NCBI GenBank assembly: GCA_965198115.1
Contig: OZ240241.1
Coordinates: 7,904,001-7,968,000 of the forward strand
Direction: 5' to 3'
From: Candidatus Latescibacterota bacterium
Lineage (GTDB): Bacteria > Latescibacterota > UBA2968
Length of the DNA stretch: 64,000 bases
Part shown: in pieces, positions 20,486 to 29,978 of the stretch
Layout of the letters: the number at the start of each line of letters is the position of its first letter
Position numbering within the stretch: the first letter of the stretch is position 1
Program-made: the position numbers and the translations under genes
The notes under the pieces: model-generated
Told to the model about the DNA's origin: nothing
Seen by the model: the letters and a program-made list of their open reading frames with translations, nothing else
The model's database searches: none

Positions 20486-21351
20486 TCCCGAACACCTTCG
20501 ACTACCACACGCCAAAGACGCTCAAGAAAGCCGTCAGCCTGCTGAACGAACACGAGGATGCAAAAATCCTGGCAGGCGGCCACAGCCTGATTCCGCTCAT
20601 GAAGCTGCGGTTCGCCGCTCCGGCCGTCGTCATCGACATCGGACGCGTAGGCGGCATCAGCCGGATTCGAATCGCCAATGGCCAGATCCAGATCGGCGCC
20701 CTCACGACGCACTACACGATCGCCAGCAGCGCCCGCCTGCGTCGCGTCTGCGCGGTCCTGCCCGAAACCGCCGGCGAAATCGGCGACACGCAGGTTCGCA
20801 ATCGGGGCACGATCGGCGGCAGTGTCGTCCACGCCGATCCGGCCGCCGACTGGCCCGCGCCGATGGTCGCCTTGCGCGCCTCGTTCGAAGTCGCGGGAAC
20901 ATCAGGCACGCGTGAGATTCCCGCCGGCGACTTCTTCGTCGACATGATGACCACCAGCATCGGCGAAGGTGAAATCCTGTCACAGATTCGCATACCCGAA
21001 CCCCCGGCGAACACGGGCAGCGCTTACGCCAAAATCCACCAGTCCGCTTCGGGATTCGCCATCGCCGGGGTCGCCGCACAGGTCACGCTCGACGGCTCGG
21101 GCAACGTCGGCTCCGCAGGCGTCGGTGTCACGGGTGTGGCGCCCATCGCCTACGCCGCATCAGCGGCCGAGGACGCGCTCGTCGGCAAGGCACCGGACGA
21201 GGCCACGATCGCATCGGCAGCCGCACTCGCGTCGGACGGTGTTCAGGACGCGAACGAAGACCACCACGCCTCCGGCGAGTATCGGATGCACCTGGCCAAG
21301 GTCCTGACGGGTCGCGCCCTCACCAGCGCAGTCGAACGCGCCCGAGGCTGA
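20482..21351 (+). CDS. coxM: FAD-binding medium subunit
   Basis: LAGGHSL, QVRNRGTIGG, DPAAD. Confidence 0.92.
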   Translation: MIPNTFDYHTPKTLKKAVSLLNEHEDAKILAGGHSLIPLMKLRFAAPAVVIDIGRVGGISRIRIANGQIQIGALTTHYTIASSARLRRVCAVLPETAGEIGDTQVRNRGTIGGSVVHADPAADWPAPMVALRASFEVAGTSGTREIPAGDFFVDMMTTSIGEGEILSQIRIPEPPANTGSAYAKIHQSASGFAIAGVAAQVTLDGSGNVGSAGVGVTGVAPIAYAASAAEDALVGKAPDEATIASAAALASDGVQDANEDHHASGEYRMHLAKVLTGRALTSAVERARG

Positions 21352-21454
21352 CCGGCGGTCGTAACACCCAATCGATGTAGGATGATTCAGGGGCAGACCG
21401 GCGGTGTCACGAACGTCGCCGGTCCTGCCCTTTTCATTGGCTTGTAGGAACACC

Positions 21455-21964
21455 ATGAAAATCGCTGGCACCCATCATATTTCCGCCACTCGGGACCGGG
21501 TTTTCACCGTCCTGACGGATCCCGATTGTCTTTCGCGTGTCATGCCCGGGTGTCAGACCCTCGAATCGACCGGGGACGGCACCTACACGATTCGATTATC
21601 GGCGGGCGTCGGCCCCATCAAGGGTGAATACGAAGGTACGGTAGAGCTCACCGACATCGACGAACCCGCGAGCTACCGCATGCTCGTCGATGCCAAGGGC
21701 AAAACCGGCTTTGTGAGGGGCGGGGGAACCGTCGAACTGACCGCAGAGGGCAATGCAACGACCGTGACCTACGAAGGCGACGTGACTCTCGGGGGCCCGG
21801 TCGCCGCCGTCGGCCAGCGCATGCACAGCAGCGCGGCCAAACTGATGACGCGCCAGCTTTTTGGCGCGATCGAGGCCGAGGCCACGGCCGAGGAAGGTGA
21901 GGAGGTCAAGCACGGGATCATCCGTGACACCCTGAGAGGCCTCCGAAAGCGCAAGGCGTCGTAG
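21455..21964 (+). CDS. coxG: CoxG (SRPBCC) accessory protein
   Basis: LTDP...MPGC...VGPIKG; located after coxM. Confidence 0.85.
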   Translation: MKIAGTHHISATRDRVFTVLTDPDCLSRVMPGCQTLESTGDGTYTIRLSAGVGPIKGEYEGTVELTDIDEPASYRMLVDAKGKTGFVRGGGTVELTAEGNATTVTYEGDVTLGGPVAAVGQRMHSSAAKLMTRQLFGAIEAEATAEEGEEVKHGIIRDTLRGLRKRKAS

Positions 21965-22006
21965 CGAATCCTTTGGTCACTTGTCAACGGTCAATGGTCA
22001 CTGAAA

Positions 22007-22360
22007 ATGCCTTTCATCGACTGGAACCAGATCCCGTTCAACAAACTCGCGCCAGGTGTCCGCATTCGGGCTCCCTATGGCGAGAACCTCATGATCTCCC
22101 TGCTCGAGATGGATGAGGGGGCCGTCGTGAATCGACACCACCATCCGCACGAGCAGGGCGGCATCCTGCTCGAAGGTCGCATGGAGCTGAGCATCGGCGA
22201 CGACACGCGCACCGTCGAGCCGGGCGAAGCCTACCTCATCCCGCCCAACATCCCACATAGAGCGGTCGCTCTCGGCGGACCGATCAAGGCCCTCGACATC
22301 TTCAGCCCGGTGCGCGAAGACTACGTCGATCTTGCGAACAAATACATCCCTCCCGACTGA
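22007..22360 (+). CDS. cupin domain protein
   Basis: HHHPHEQ, IPPNIPH, DIFSPVREDY. Confidence 0.9.
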   Translation: MPFIDWNQIPFNKLAPGVRIRAPYGENLMISLLEMDEGAVVNRHHHPHEQGGILLEGRMELSIGDDTRTVEPGEAYLIPPNIPHRAVALGGPIKALDIFSPVREDYVDLANKYIPPD

Positions 22361-22459
22361 TCCTACCGGTCTCCCTCCTGAAATCCAGCATCTCTCCTAA
22401 CTCGAATGAACGCACGGTAGCCATCTTTCCGTGAGTCACATTCCTCAACGGAGTCCATC

Positions 22460-22861
22460 GTGGCAGATCATCCTCCGGATGAAGAAACTGGATTGGCCGG
22501 CCTGCTCATCGGCCTCAGTAATTTTGTCTACTACGTTGCTCTGAGCTTTGGACTCGCCATCCTGCCCTTCCAGCTCTTCGATCAGATCGTGGGCGGGAGT
22601 GGGTGGATGCGTGTCATTCCCGGCGTCGTCATCCTGGTCGTCCTCATCGTGGTCCTACGATTCGTGCAGGATGGGGCCACCGACGTCGTCGAACGCATCA
22701 GAAACGGCGTCCTCCTATCCCGACTCTTCCGCGTGATTCGTCACGCAAGCGCTGCGGTCGCGATGGTCGGGTTCCTTCGGCTCGAAGTCGCCTTCCTCAG
22801 AGGTAAGATGACCTGGCCCGACCTGGTGCATCTCATTGGCAAGTTCTTCACCGTCCTGTAG
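22460..22861 (+). CDS. hypothetical membrane protein
   Basis: GGAG SD; three hydrophobic segments. Confidence 0.65.
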   Translation: MADHPPDEETGLAGLLIGLSNFVYYVALSFGLAILPFQLFDQIVGGSGWMRVIPGVVILVVLIVVLRFVQDGATDVVERIRNGVLLSRLFRVIRHASAAVAMVGFLRLEVAFLRGKMTWPDLVHLIGKFFTVL

Positions 22862-22877
22862 CCGTTGGGCGTTCAAC

Positions 22878-22906
22878 TTGACGCGGAAGAGCCCCTCGTC
22901 TATTTT
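22878..22906 (+). promoter_or_regulatory. sigma-70 promoter of the pheST leader
   Basis: TTGACG-N17-TATTTT immediately before stem I. Confidence 0.65.
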
Positions 22907-22912
22907 CTGCCC

Positions 22913-23272
22913 AAAGCACTGACGGAGAAAAGTAGGCCGTCTCCAGCCTCACGAGGGAGCGGGTGCCGTGACTGGAAGCACTCGCGGGGTATGCACGGCC
23001 GAAGTTCACTCCCGAGCTGCTCAGCTGAACCCTTGCCTCCGTAGTTCTCACAAGGTTGCCCCAGCAAACTCGCGCCTGCATCAGCCAGCGAGCTTTGCCG
23101 GGCAAGCCGTCCGAAGGATGGCCATAGGCTGAGCCGGGGTCGTTCCACGTCATCGGAACGGACAGTGACGGCTGTCCAAAGTGGCGGCCCGACCCCACCT
23201 GGTCGGGAACGCAATTAGGGTGGTACCGCGGAAGAGCTCTTTCGTCCCTATCTGGATGAAAGAGCGTTTTTC
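22913..23272 (+). ncRNA. T-box riboswitch (Phe specifier, terminator type)
   Basis: AGTA box near 22931; specifier TTC at 23005-23007; T-box AATTAGGGTGGTACCGCG at 23213-23230; terminator GCTCTTTCGTCC...GGATGAAAGAGC followed by a T-tract. Confidence 0.93.
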
Positions 23273-23286
23273 ATTTGGGGATCCAC

Positions 23287-24843
23287 GTGCCCGACGTAGA
23301 CCTTTCATCACTCCACGCGCTGGAAGTCAGAACCCTGCGGGGTTTCGAACACGCGCCCGAGGCCGTGCAGCTGGATACAGACCTCGAAGCGTCTTCCGGA
23401 CTCACCGCGGGGCAGCTCCGTCGAGCAGTGGAGTGGCTCGTTTCCAAGACGCTCCTGTCCGTCGCATCGGAGGAGGCCCGTCTCTCCGTTTCCCTGAGCG
23501 ATCAGGGCAGGCGGTTTCTCGACGTGGGGTGCACACCCGAATCGGAACTGTTGCGCCGTGCAGGCGAGGGCCCGGTCACACTCGCCGACCTTCAGAGCGA
23601 CGACCGGTTCGACCGAGGCGATTGGGGCAGCGCATTCGGGACTCTCAAGAGAGATGGCATCATCGACAGCTACGGACCCAACATCGTCATCAAGAACGAC
23701 GAGCAGGCCACCTTCTACACGCGGACGATCGTCACCGACCTCATCGGCCGGTTCAAAGAGGATCCCGATGGCACCATCTCGATTGAAGCCTTCCCGCAGG
23801 AATTGCGGGGCCACATCGAAGAATCCTCCAAAGGGCGGGGGAAGGGAAAGTCACCCGTTCGGCTGAGCGAGCAGACCGTTCGCGGCTACTCGCTCACTGA
23901 ATCGGGGCGCGGAATCCTCGAGTCGGTCGTCGATCAGAACCTGACGGGTGAAGAGGTCAGCCGCCTGACGTCTGACATGCTTCAGAGTGGATCGTGGAAA
24001 CGAGTCGGATTCAGACGCTACGACCTCTCGATCAAACCGCCCCGCATCCAAACCGGACGACACCATCCGTATCGGGCCTACCTCGACGAGGTGCGCCGAA
24101 AACTTCTATCCCTCGGGTTCGAGGAAATGAAGGGCCCGCTCGTCGAAACCGAATTCTGGAACATGGACGCGCTCTTCATGCCTCAGTTCCACGCGGCCCG
24201 AAACATCCACGACGCCTACTTCATCAGCGACCCGAGCGAGTCGAAGGGCCCCGAGGAACCTCACTTCAGCCGTGTCGGCCAGGCACACCGGGATGGGGGC
24301 GAAACCGAGTCCCGCGGATGGCGATACCCGTTCGATCCGGAACGATCACGCCGCCTCCTCATGCGAACACAGGGTACAGCACTCTCCGCTCGGGCTCTGG
24401 CCGGGGACGCCAACATTCCCGGCAAGTATTTCGCGATCGCCCGATGCTTCCGTCCCGATGAGATCGATGCCACTCACGGCGCCGAATTCAACCAGGTGGA
24501 AGGCATCGTCCTCGGCGAATCGATCAACTTCCAATCTCTCCTCGGTCTACTGAAACTGTTCGCCCTCGAGGTCGCGGAATCCGAGGACGTACGCTACGTA
24601 CCCGACTACTTCCCGTTCACCGAACCCTCCGTCGAGCTTCAGGCCAAACATCCCACGCTCGGTTGGATCGAGCTGGGCGGTGCAGGCCTGTTCCGCCCGG
24701 AACTCACGAACCCCCTCGGTGTCGACGTGCCGGTCATCGCCTGGGGACTGGGCGTCGACAGAATGGCCATGGTCTCCCTCGGCGTCACCGACATCCGGGA
24801 CCTGTTCAGCACCGATCTCGATTACCTGCGCAACAAGAGATAA
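23287..24843 (+). CDS. pheS: phenylalanine--tRNA ligase alpha subunit, archaeal/eukaryotic type
   Basis: About 518 aa with a long N-terminal extension; FWNMDALFMPQFHAAR, DATHGAEFNQVEG, YFPFTEPS, AWGLGVDR. Confidence 0.95.
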   Translation: MPDVDLSSLHALEVRTLRGFEHAPEAVQLDTDLEASSGLTAGQLRRAVEWLVSKTLLSVASEEARLSVSLSDQGRRFLDVGCTPESELLRRAGEGPVTLADLQSDDRFDRGDWGSAFGTLKRDGIIDSYGPNIVIKNDEQATFYTRTIVTDLIGRFKEDPDGTISIEAFPQELRGHIEESSKGRGKGKSPVRLSEQTVRGYSLTESGRGILESVVDQNLTGEEVSRLTSDMLQSGSWKRVGFRRYDLSIKPPRIQTGRHHPYRAYLDEVRRKLLSLGFEEMKGPLVETEFWNMDALFMPQFHAARNIHDAYFISDPSESKGPEEPHFSRVGQAHRDGGETESRGWRYPFDPERSRRLLMRTQGTALSARALAGDANIPGKYFAIARCFRPDEIDATHGAEFNQVEGIVLGESINFQSLLGLLKLFALEVAESEDVRYVPDYFPFTEPSVELQAKHPTLGWIELGGAGLFRPELTNPLGVDVPVIAWGLGVDRMAMVSLGVTDIRDLFSTDLDYLRNKR

Positions 24844-24846
24844 TAA

Positions 24847-24969
24847 ACCACGGAGGGCACCGACCAAGACACCCCGGCCGATCACCAAACCTGTCATAAT
24901 CTCGAAAGACCACACGGTACTCCCTCTTTCGCATTTGCATTCTCCGTGTCCTCCGTGTTCTCCGTAGTA
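24847..24969. repeat. MITE-like spacer between pheS and pheT
   Basis: ACCACGGAGGGCAC at the left is complementary to the 9-mer repeats CTCCGTGTC-CTCCGTGTT-CTCCGTAGT at the right. Confidence 0.5.
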
Positions 24970-24994
24970 GGTTTTCATTCCATCAGGATCAGCA

Positions 24995-26665
24995 ATGCCC
25001 ACGATATCCGTCATCAAACACGACCTCGAACGACTGGCCGGAAAGACCTACGACCTCCCGGAGTTGGAGCTGGCTCTCGAACACGCCAAGGCGGAGGTCA
25101 AAGCCGAGGGCGACGAGTTGCGTGTCCAGCTCAAGGACACGAATCGACCCGACCTCTGGTGTGCCGAAGGACTGGGTCGCGTGCTCAAAGGCTACCGCGA
25201 AGGGGTTTACGACGACTATGTCTATCCATCCTCGGGCGGGGCGGATCGTCGAATCGATGTGGATCCGGGCCTTGAGCACATCCGGCCCTTCGTATCCGGT
25301 TTCGTCTGTCGCGGGGTCGAAATCGACGACGACGCACTCAAGCAACTGATCGAAACACAGGAGCGACTCACGGAAAACTACGGCCGAGGGCGCAGCTCGA
25401 TCGCCATTGGGATCTACGACGCATCCGACATCGTTTACCCGATTCGCTACGAAGCCGTGACGCCCGATACGCGCTTCACGCCTCTCGACGCGTCGACCGA
25501 GATGAGTCTTCGTCAGATCCTGGCCGAACACCCGACCGGACAAACTTACGCGCACCTGCTCGAGGGATTCGATCGGTTTCCCCTGTTGAGAGACGACAGG
25601 GATGAGGTCCTTTCGATGCCACCCATCATCAACAGCGCATCCCTCGGGCGCGTCGAAATCGGCGACGCTCATCTCTTCGTCGAGGCGACCGGCACCGTCT
25701 TGGATCACGTGCTGCACAGCATGGCCATCTTCGCCGCGAACCTCGCAGATCGAGGTGGAACGATCGAACCGGTCACGACGCACTATCCCTACGACACGCC
25801 ACGAGGACGTGAAGTCCAAAGTCCCGTAGACATGGGAACGCCGACGACAGCGACCTTTCATCAGATCAACGAAACCGCCGGGACCGAACTGAGTTCGGAA
25901 CAGATCGAAACGGCCTTGAGAAAGATGGGGTATCGGGATGTCACAGCCGCCCCCGAGGCCGTCACGGCGACGTCGCCCCCCTATCGGGACGACCTGCTCC
26001 ATCCGGTCGACATGATCGAAGACATCATCATCGGCGTGGGCTATGAGGCGTTCGAGCCCATCATGCCTCGCGACTTTACGATCGGAAAAGCAGCGCCCCA
26101 GGAAGACCTGTCCGATCGCATTCGTCATCTGTTCGTGGGCTGCGGCTTCCAGGAGCTTTTCCTGCCCGTACTCGGGTCCGTCGAAAACCAGACCACGCGA
26201 ATGCGGAACGAACACGCACCCGCGATTGTCATCGCCAACCCCATGTCCGAACACTACGGGTGCGCCCGCTGGTCGCTGATTCCGGGTCTCCTCAGCGTCG
26301 AGGAAACGAGTCGCCGGGCGATCTATCCGCACATGCTCTTCGAGGTCGGAGAAGTCACCAGAAAGGATGTCGATCACGACTATGGCTCTCGAACCGACAT
26401 CCTCGTCACCGCCTTGGAGGCTTCGGAGGATGCCAACCTCTCAGGCATCCAGAGTTACCTCGAAGCCTTCGCCTACTACTTCGGGTTCGAATACGAACTC
26501 AGGGCCATCGGCCACCCGACGTATCTGTCCGGACGCACGGGCGAGATCGTCAGCCGCGGGCAGACCCACGGCGTGATCGGTGAAATTCACCCGGAGGTAC
26601 TCGACAACTGGGGAATCACCGTTCCTGTCAGCGTCTTCGAAGTCGACATTCGCATAGCACATTGA
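24995..26665 (+). CDS. pheT: phenylalanine--tRNA ligase beta subunit, short archaeal/eukaryotic type
   Basis: 556 aa; MPTI start, NRPDLW, LSMPPIINS, PPYRDDLLHPVD; too short to hold bacterial B2 and B8 domains. Confidence 0.95.
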   Translation: MPTISVIKHDLERLAGKTYDLPELELALEHAKAEVKAEGDELRVQLKDTNRPDLWCAEGLGRVLKGYREGVYDDYVYPSSGGADRRIDVDPGLEHIRPFVSGFVCRGVEIDDDALKQLIETQERLTENYGRGRSSIAIGIYDASDIVYPIRYEAVTPDTRFTPLDASTEMSLRQILAEHPTGQTYAHLLEGFDRFPLLRDDRDEVLSMPPIINSASLGRVEIGDAHLFVEATGTVLDHVLHSMAIFAANLADRGGTIEPVTTHYPYDTPRGREVQSPVDMGTPTTATFHQINETAGTELSSEQIETALRKMGYRDVTAAPEAVTATSPPYRDDLLHPVDMIEDIIIGVGYEAFEPIMPRDFTIGKAAPQEDLSDRIRHLFVGCGFQELFLPVLGSVENQTTRMRNEHAPAIVIANPMSEHYGCARWSLIPGLLSVEETSRRAIYPHMLFEVGEVTRKDVDHDYGSRTDILVTALEASEDANLSGIQSYLEAFAYYFGFEYELRAIGHPTYLSGRTGEIVSRGQTHGVIGEIHPEVLDNWGITVPVSVFEVDIRIAH

Positions 26666-26755
26666 AGATGTAGCAGTCGGGGTTCCCACCTGAACTCGCG
26701 GCTGCCATATCCAAGAGTGTTCTATGTTCATTGTTCCATCTTCAAAGGGGTCCTC

Positions 26756-27757
26756 ATGGTCAACATCGCTTTCCTCTCCACTGCCCACACTCACACCAAA
26801 GGCTTCCTCTCGGCCGTCCGCGAGAAAGAGGGCGCGAATCTCGTCGCCATTTGGGACGACATGGAATCGCGAGGTCGGGGCTTCCGTGACGAATACGGCG
26901 GCGACTACTCGAGCGATCTTGCCGCGGTCATCTCTCGCGACGATCTCGACGGCTTCATCGTCTGTGCCGAAAATTCGCGTCATCTCCCCTTGCTCGAAGC
27001 GGCAATCCCGACGGGCAAGCCGATCTTTTGCGAAAAACCGTTCATGACCACCACGGCCGATGCGGTAAAAGCCGTGGGCCTGATTCGCGAGCACGGCACG
27101 GTCGTTCACACGGGCTACTTCCAGCCATTCTCGGCCGCCATGCAGGGGGTGATCGCGCACGTTCAGTCCGGGGCTATGGGAAAGCTGACCCACGCCAAGT
27201 ATCGCAACGCCCACCACGCCGCCTACGGCCGCTGGTTCGATTCCGACGCGCTGCGATGGTTCGCCGACCCCGCACTCGCCGGTGGAGGCGCCTTCATGGA
27301 CATGGGCACGCACGCCATCCACCTCCTGCGCACTGTTCTCGGCCGCGCCACGGAGGCGTTCGCGACCATCAGCAACGTGTCCGGCATCTACCCCAACGTC
27401 GACGACAACGGCGTGGCACTGCTACGTTTCGAAAGTGGCGTCGTCGCAACCGTCGAGGCGTCCTGGGTCCAGACCGGCGGCCCAAAGGCGTTCGAAGTCG
27501 TCGGGAGCACCTCGACGTTGTATGAGATCGAAGGACGCGGTTTCGTCACCACGGAGCCTCGGGAAGAACCCGTCGACGTCCCCACGGGCAAAGAGAGACC
27601 GACACGCGTCGACCGACTCGTCGCCGCCATCAATGGAGACCTGCCTCGCGAAGAATTGGACGCCGACTTCGACTGCGCTATCGACGCCGTCGCGATCATG
27701 GAGGCGTGCTACGCGTCCAATCAGAGCGGCACGTGGGAGAAAGTCGCAAAGGTGTAG
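26756..27757 (+). CDS. Gfo/Idh/MocA oxidoreductase
   Basis: FCEKP, GGGAFMDMGTH. Confidence 0.9.
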   Translation: MVNIAFLSTAHTHTKGFLSAVREKEGANLVAIWDDMESRGRGFRDEYGGDYSSDLAAVISRDDLDGFIVCAENSRHLPLLEAAIPTGKPIFCEKPFMTTTADAVKAVGLIREHGTVVHTGYFQPFSAAMQGVIAHVQSGAMGKLTHAKYRNAHHAAYGRWFDSDALRWFADPALAGGGAFMDMGTHAIHLLRTVLGRATEAFATISNVSGIYPNVDDNGVALLRFESGVVATVEASWVQTGGPKAFEVVGSTSTLYEIEGRGFVTTEPREEPVDVPTGKERPTRVDRLVAAINGDLPREELDADFDCAIDAVAIMEACYASNQSGTWEKVAKV

Positions 27758-27771
27758 GATTGGACCCCATA

Positions 27772-27801
27772 CGTAGGGACGGTTCGCGAACCGTCCCTAC
27801 G
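27772..27801. repeat. GTAG-type REP palindrome
   Basis: Perfect 30-bp palindrome CGTAGGGACGGTTCGCGAACCGTCCCTACG. Confidence 0.8.
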
Positions 27802-27825
27802 CGTTACTTATCGAGAGGACATCAG

Positions 27826-28581
27826 ATGCCGCTGCGCCTAGCCTACAGCAGCCTCAAATGGAAAGAGCAGAACCTCGAAACCAACCTGCGGGCGCTGGTG
27901 GAAGAAGGGTTCGGAGGGTGGGAAACGCGGGAATCGCTCGACTGGCTCGGTACGCCAAAACGCTTGAAAACGATGGCAAGCGACTGCGGCATCGAAATCG
28001 CCGCGGTCAGTGGACCGAATGTCCCCGCCACGAAGGATCAGCCCGCTTTCGAGATCAACAAGCGCCGGATCGAATTCGCGTCGGACCTCGGAGTCCCTCT
28101 CCTTATGACAAAGGGCCCCCGTGGTGAGAACAACCCGACGCCCGACGCCGAGCTGCAGCAGGTCGCGGATATGTATGAGGAACTGGCCCGTCACGGCCAG
28201 CCGCTCGGCGTGACCGTTACCTTCCATCCGCACGTCAATCACTTCGTCGACAGTGCGGATGAATGGAAGCGCTTCATGCCCATGCTCGACGTCTGCCGAC
28301 TGTGTCTCGACATGTCTCACGCGGTGCGATGGGGCTACGACCCCGTCCAGGCCGCACACGACTACAGCGATCGAATCTCGCTCCTTCACCTCCACGACGA
28401 GAAAGACGGCGTGGGCGCCGACATCGGCGAGGGACCGATGTGCGATTACGGCGCCTTCCTGCAGACCGTCCAGGACGTCGGTTACGATGGATGGGTCGTC
28501 GTCTGCCCGGGGAACGACAACAAATCCGACCGGGAAAAGATCCAACACAATCGAGCGTATCTGAAATCGATCGGGTATTGA
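27826..28581 (+). CDS. sugar phosphate isomerase/epimerase (TIM barrel, IolE-like)
   Basis: FHPH, LDMSH, LHLHD, GYDGWVV. Confidence 0.85.
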   Translation: MPLRLAYSSLKWKEQNLETNLRALVEEGFGGWETRESLDWLGTPKRLKTMASDCGIEIAAVSGPNVPATKDQPAFEINKRRIEFASDLGVPLLMTKGPRGENNPTPDAELQQVADMYEELARHGQPLGVTVTFHPHVNHFVDSADEWKRFMPMLDVCRLCLDMSHAVRWGYDPVQAAHDYSDRISLLHLHDEKDGVGADIGEGPMCDYGAFLQTVQDVGYDGWVVVCPGNDNKSDREKIQHNRAYLKSIGY

Positions 28582-28734
28582 AAAACCGCCCTCGGGCAGA
28601 GCCCAAGGGCGAGCGAAGCGCATGGTTTCACTTCACAAAAACAGAATGTTGTGCTCGTCCCCGTGCTCCGCACGTGGACGCTTTAGTGAACCATCGTAGA
28701 AATGTTCCAATGGTCTTTCTGGGGAGTCTGTCCA

Positions 28735-29931
28735 TTGCCCAACATCACCGTCGGAATACTCGGACTCAGACGCGGCTTCACTCATCTGAAAAACTTTATT
28801 CACGCCGACGGTGCCGACGTGATCGGCGCGTGCGATCGTGTCGCGGCGAACAGGGACCGCGGTGCCGCCCACATCGCCGAGACGGGAACAAGAGCGGAGG
28901 TCGTTAAAGGGTTCGATGACCTCCTCCGGCTGAAGCCAGATGCCATCGTGGTTGCCAGCAACGCGACGCTTCACGTTCAGCACTCGATTCAGGCAATGAA
29001 GGCGGGCTGTGCCGTTCTGTGCGAAGTTCCCGGCGCTTACACGCCCGAAGAGTCCTGGCAGCTGCGCGAATGCGTTCAGCGCACCGGTCAGTTCTACATG
29101 CTGGGCGAAAACACGTGTTTCTGGGATTTCTTCCGCTACTTCAGGAAGTGGATCGTCGAAGGTCAATTTGGGGCGATTTCCGCTGCCGAAGGCGAGTACC
29201 TGCACTACCTGCCCGCCACGATGCTGACCGAGACGGGAACTCTTTCGCCCTCGGATGTGAAGCGCCAGGGCATCACGAACGCCGTACCCACGTGGCGTGC
29301 CGCCATGCCGCCGATCCAGTATCTCACTCACGACCTAGGCCCGCTCCTCGAGATTCTGGACGACCGTGCGGTCAGCGTCACCTGTCGGAGCGCCGCCTCA
29401 CACTCCGAGGAAGCGCCGCTCAGGAGCGACGGCCAGATTGCGCTGTTCCAGACCGCCAAGGGCCACCTCATCAAGATCATGGTGACGCTCAACACGCGAC
29501 GTCCCGAAGAGCATCGCTACCGCCTCTTCGGTACACTCGGGAGTGCGGAATGGTTCACCTACGAAGGATTCGCACGAAGGCTCACACGATCGATGGAGAC
29601 CAAACAGGGCTGGGAGGTCTTCCCTGTCGGGTATGCGGCAAGGGAAGATGACACGACGACCGGCCACGGGGGCGCGGATCTCAAAACAGCCTCCGCCTTC
29701 ATCGCCGCCCTGAGCGAGGGCAAGCCGAGCCCCATCGACGTCTACCGAGCGATGGAGTACCACCTGCCCGGCATGCTGGCCCATCGGTCTGCCGAAATGG
29801 ACGGCGCACCCGTGGCCATCCCGGACGTGCGCACATCGCCGTTCGAGGGGACGAAATTCTGGGATGTGGTAGGATTACCCGATACGGAGCCACCCGCCTC
29901 GTTCTACAACGAGACAGTCAGGCCGACGTAA
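28735..29931 (+). CDS. Gfo/Idh/MocA oxidoreductase
   Basis: LCEVP, YMLGEN, EGEYLH, GHGGAD. Confidence 0.88.
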   Translation: MPNITVGILGLRRGFTHLKNFIHADGADVIGACDRVAANRDRGAAHIAETGTRAEVVKGFDDLLRLKPDAIVVASNATLHVQHSIQAMKAGCAVLCEVPGAYTPEESWQLRECVQRTGQFYMLGENTCFWDFFRYFRKWIVEGQFGAISAAEGEYLHYLPATMLTETGTLSPSDVKRQGITNAVPTWRAAMPPIQYLTHDLGPLLEILDDRAVSVTCRSAASHSEEAPLRSDGQIALFQTAKGHLIKIMVTLNTRRPEEHRYRLFGTLGSAEWFTYEGFARRLTRSMETKQGWEVFPVGYAAREDDTTTGHGGADLKTASAFIAALSEGKPSPIDVYRAMEYHLPGMLAHRSAEMDGAPVAIPDVRTSPFEGTKFWDVVGLPDTEPPASFYNETVRPT

Positions 29932-29978
29932 AGCGTTCGGTCGAAGTTCGACCATCGACAGTGGCCAGCCCGAGGCCC

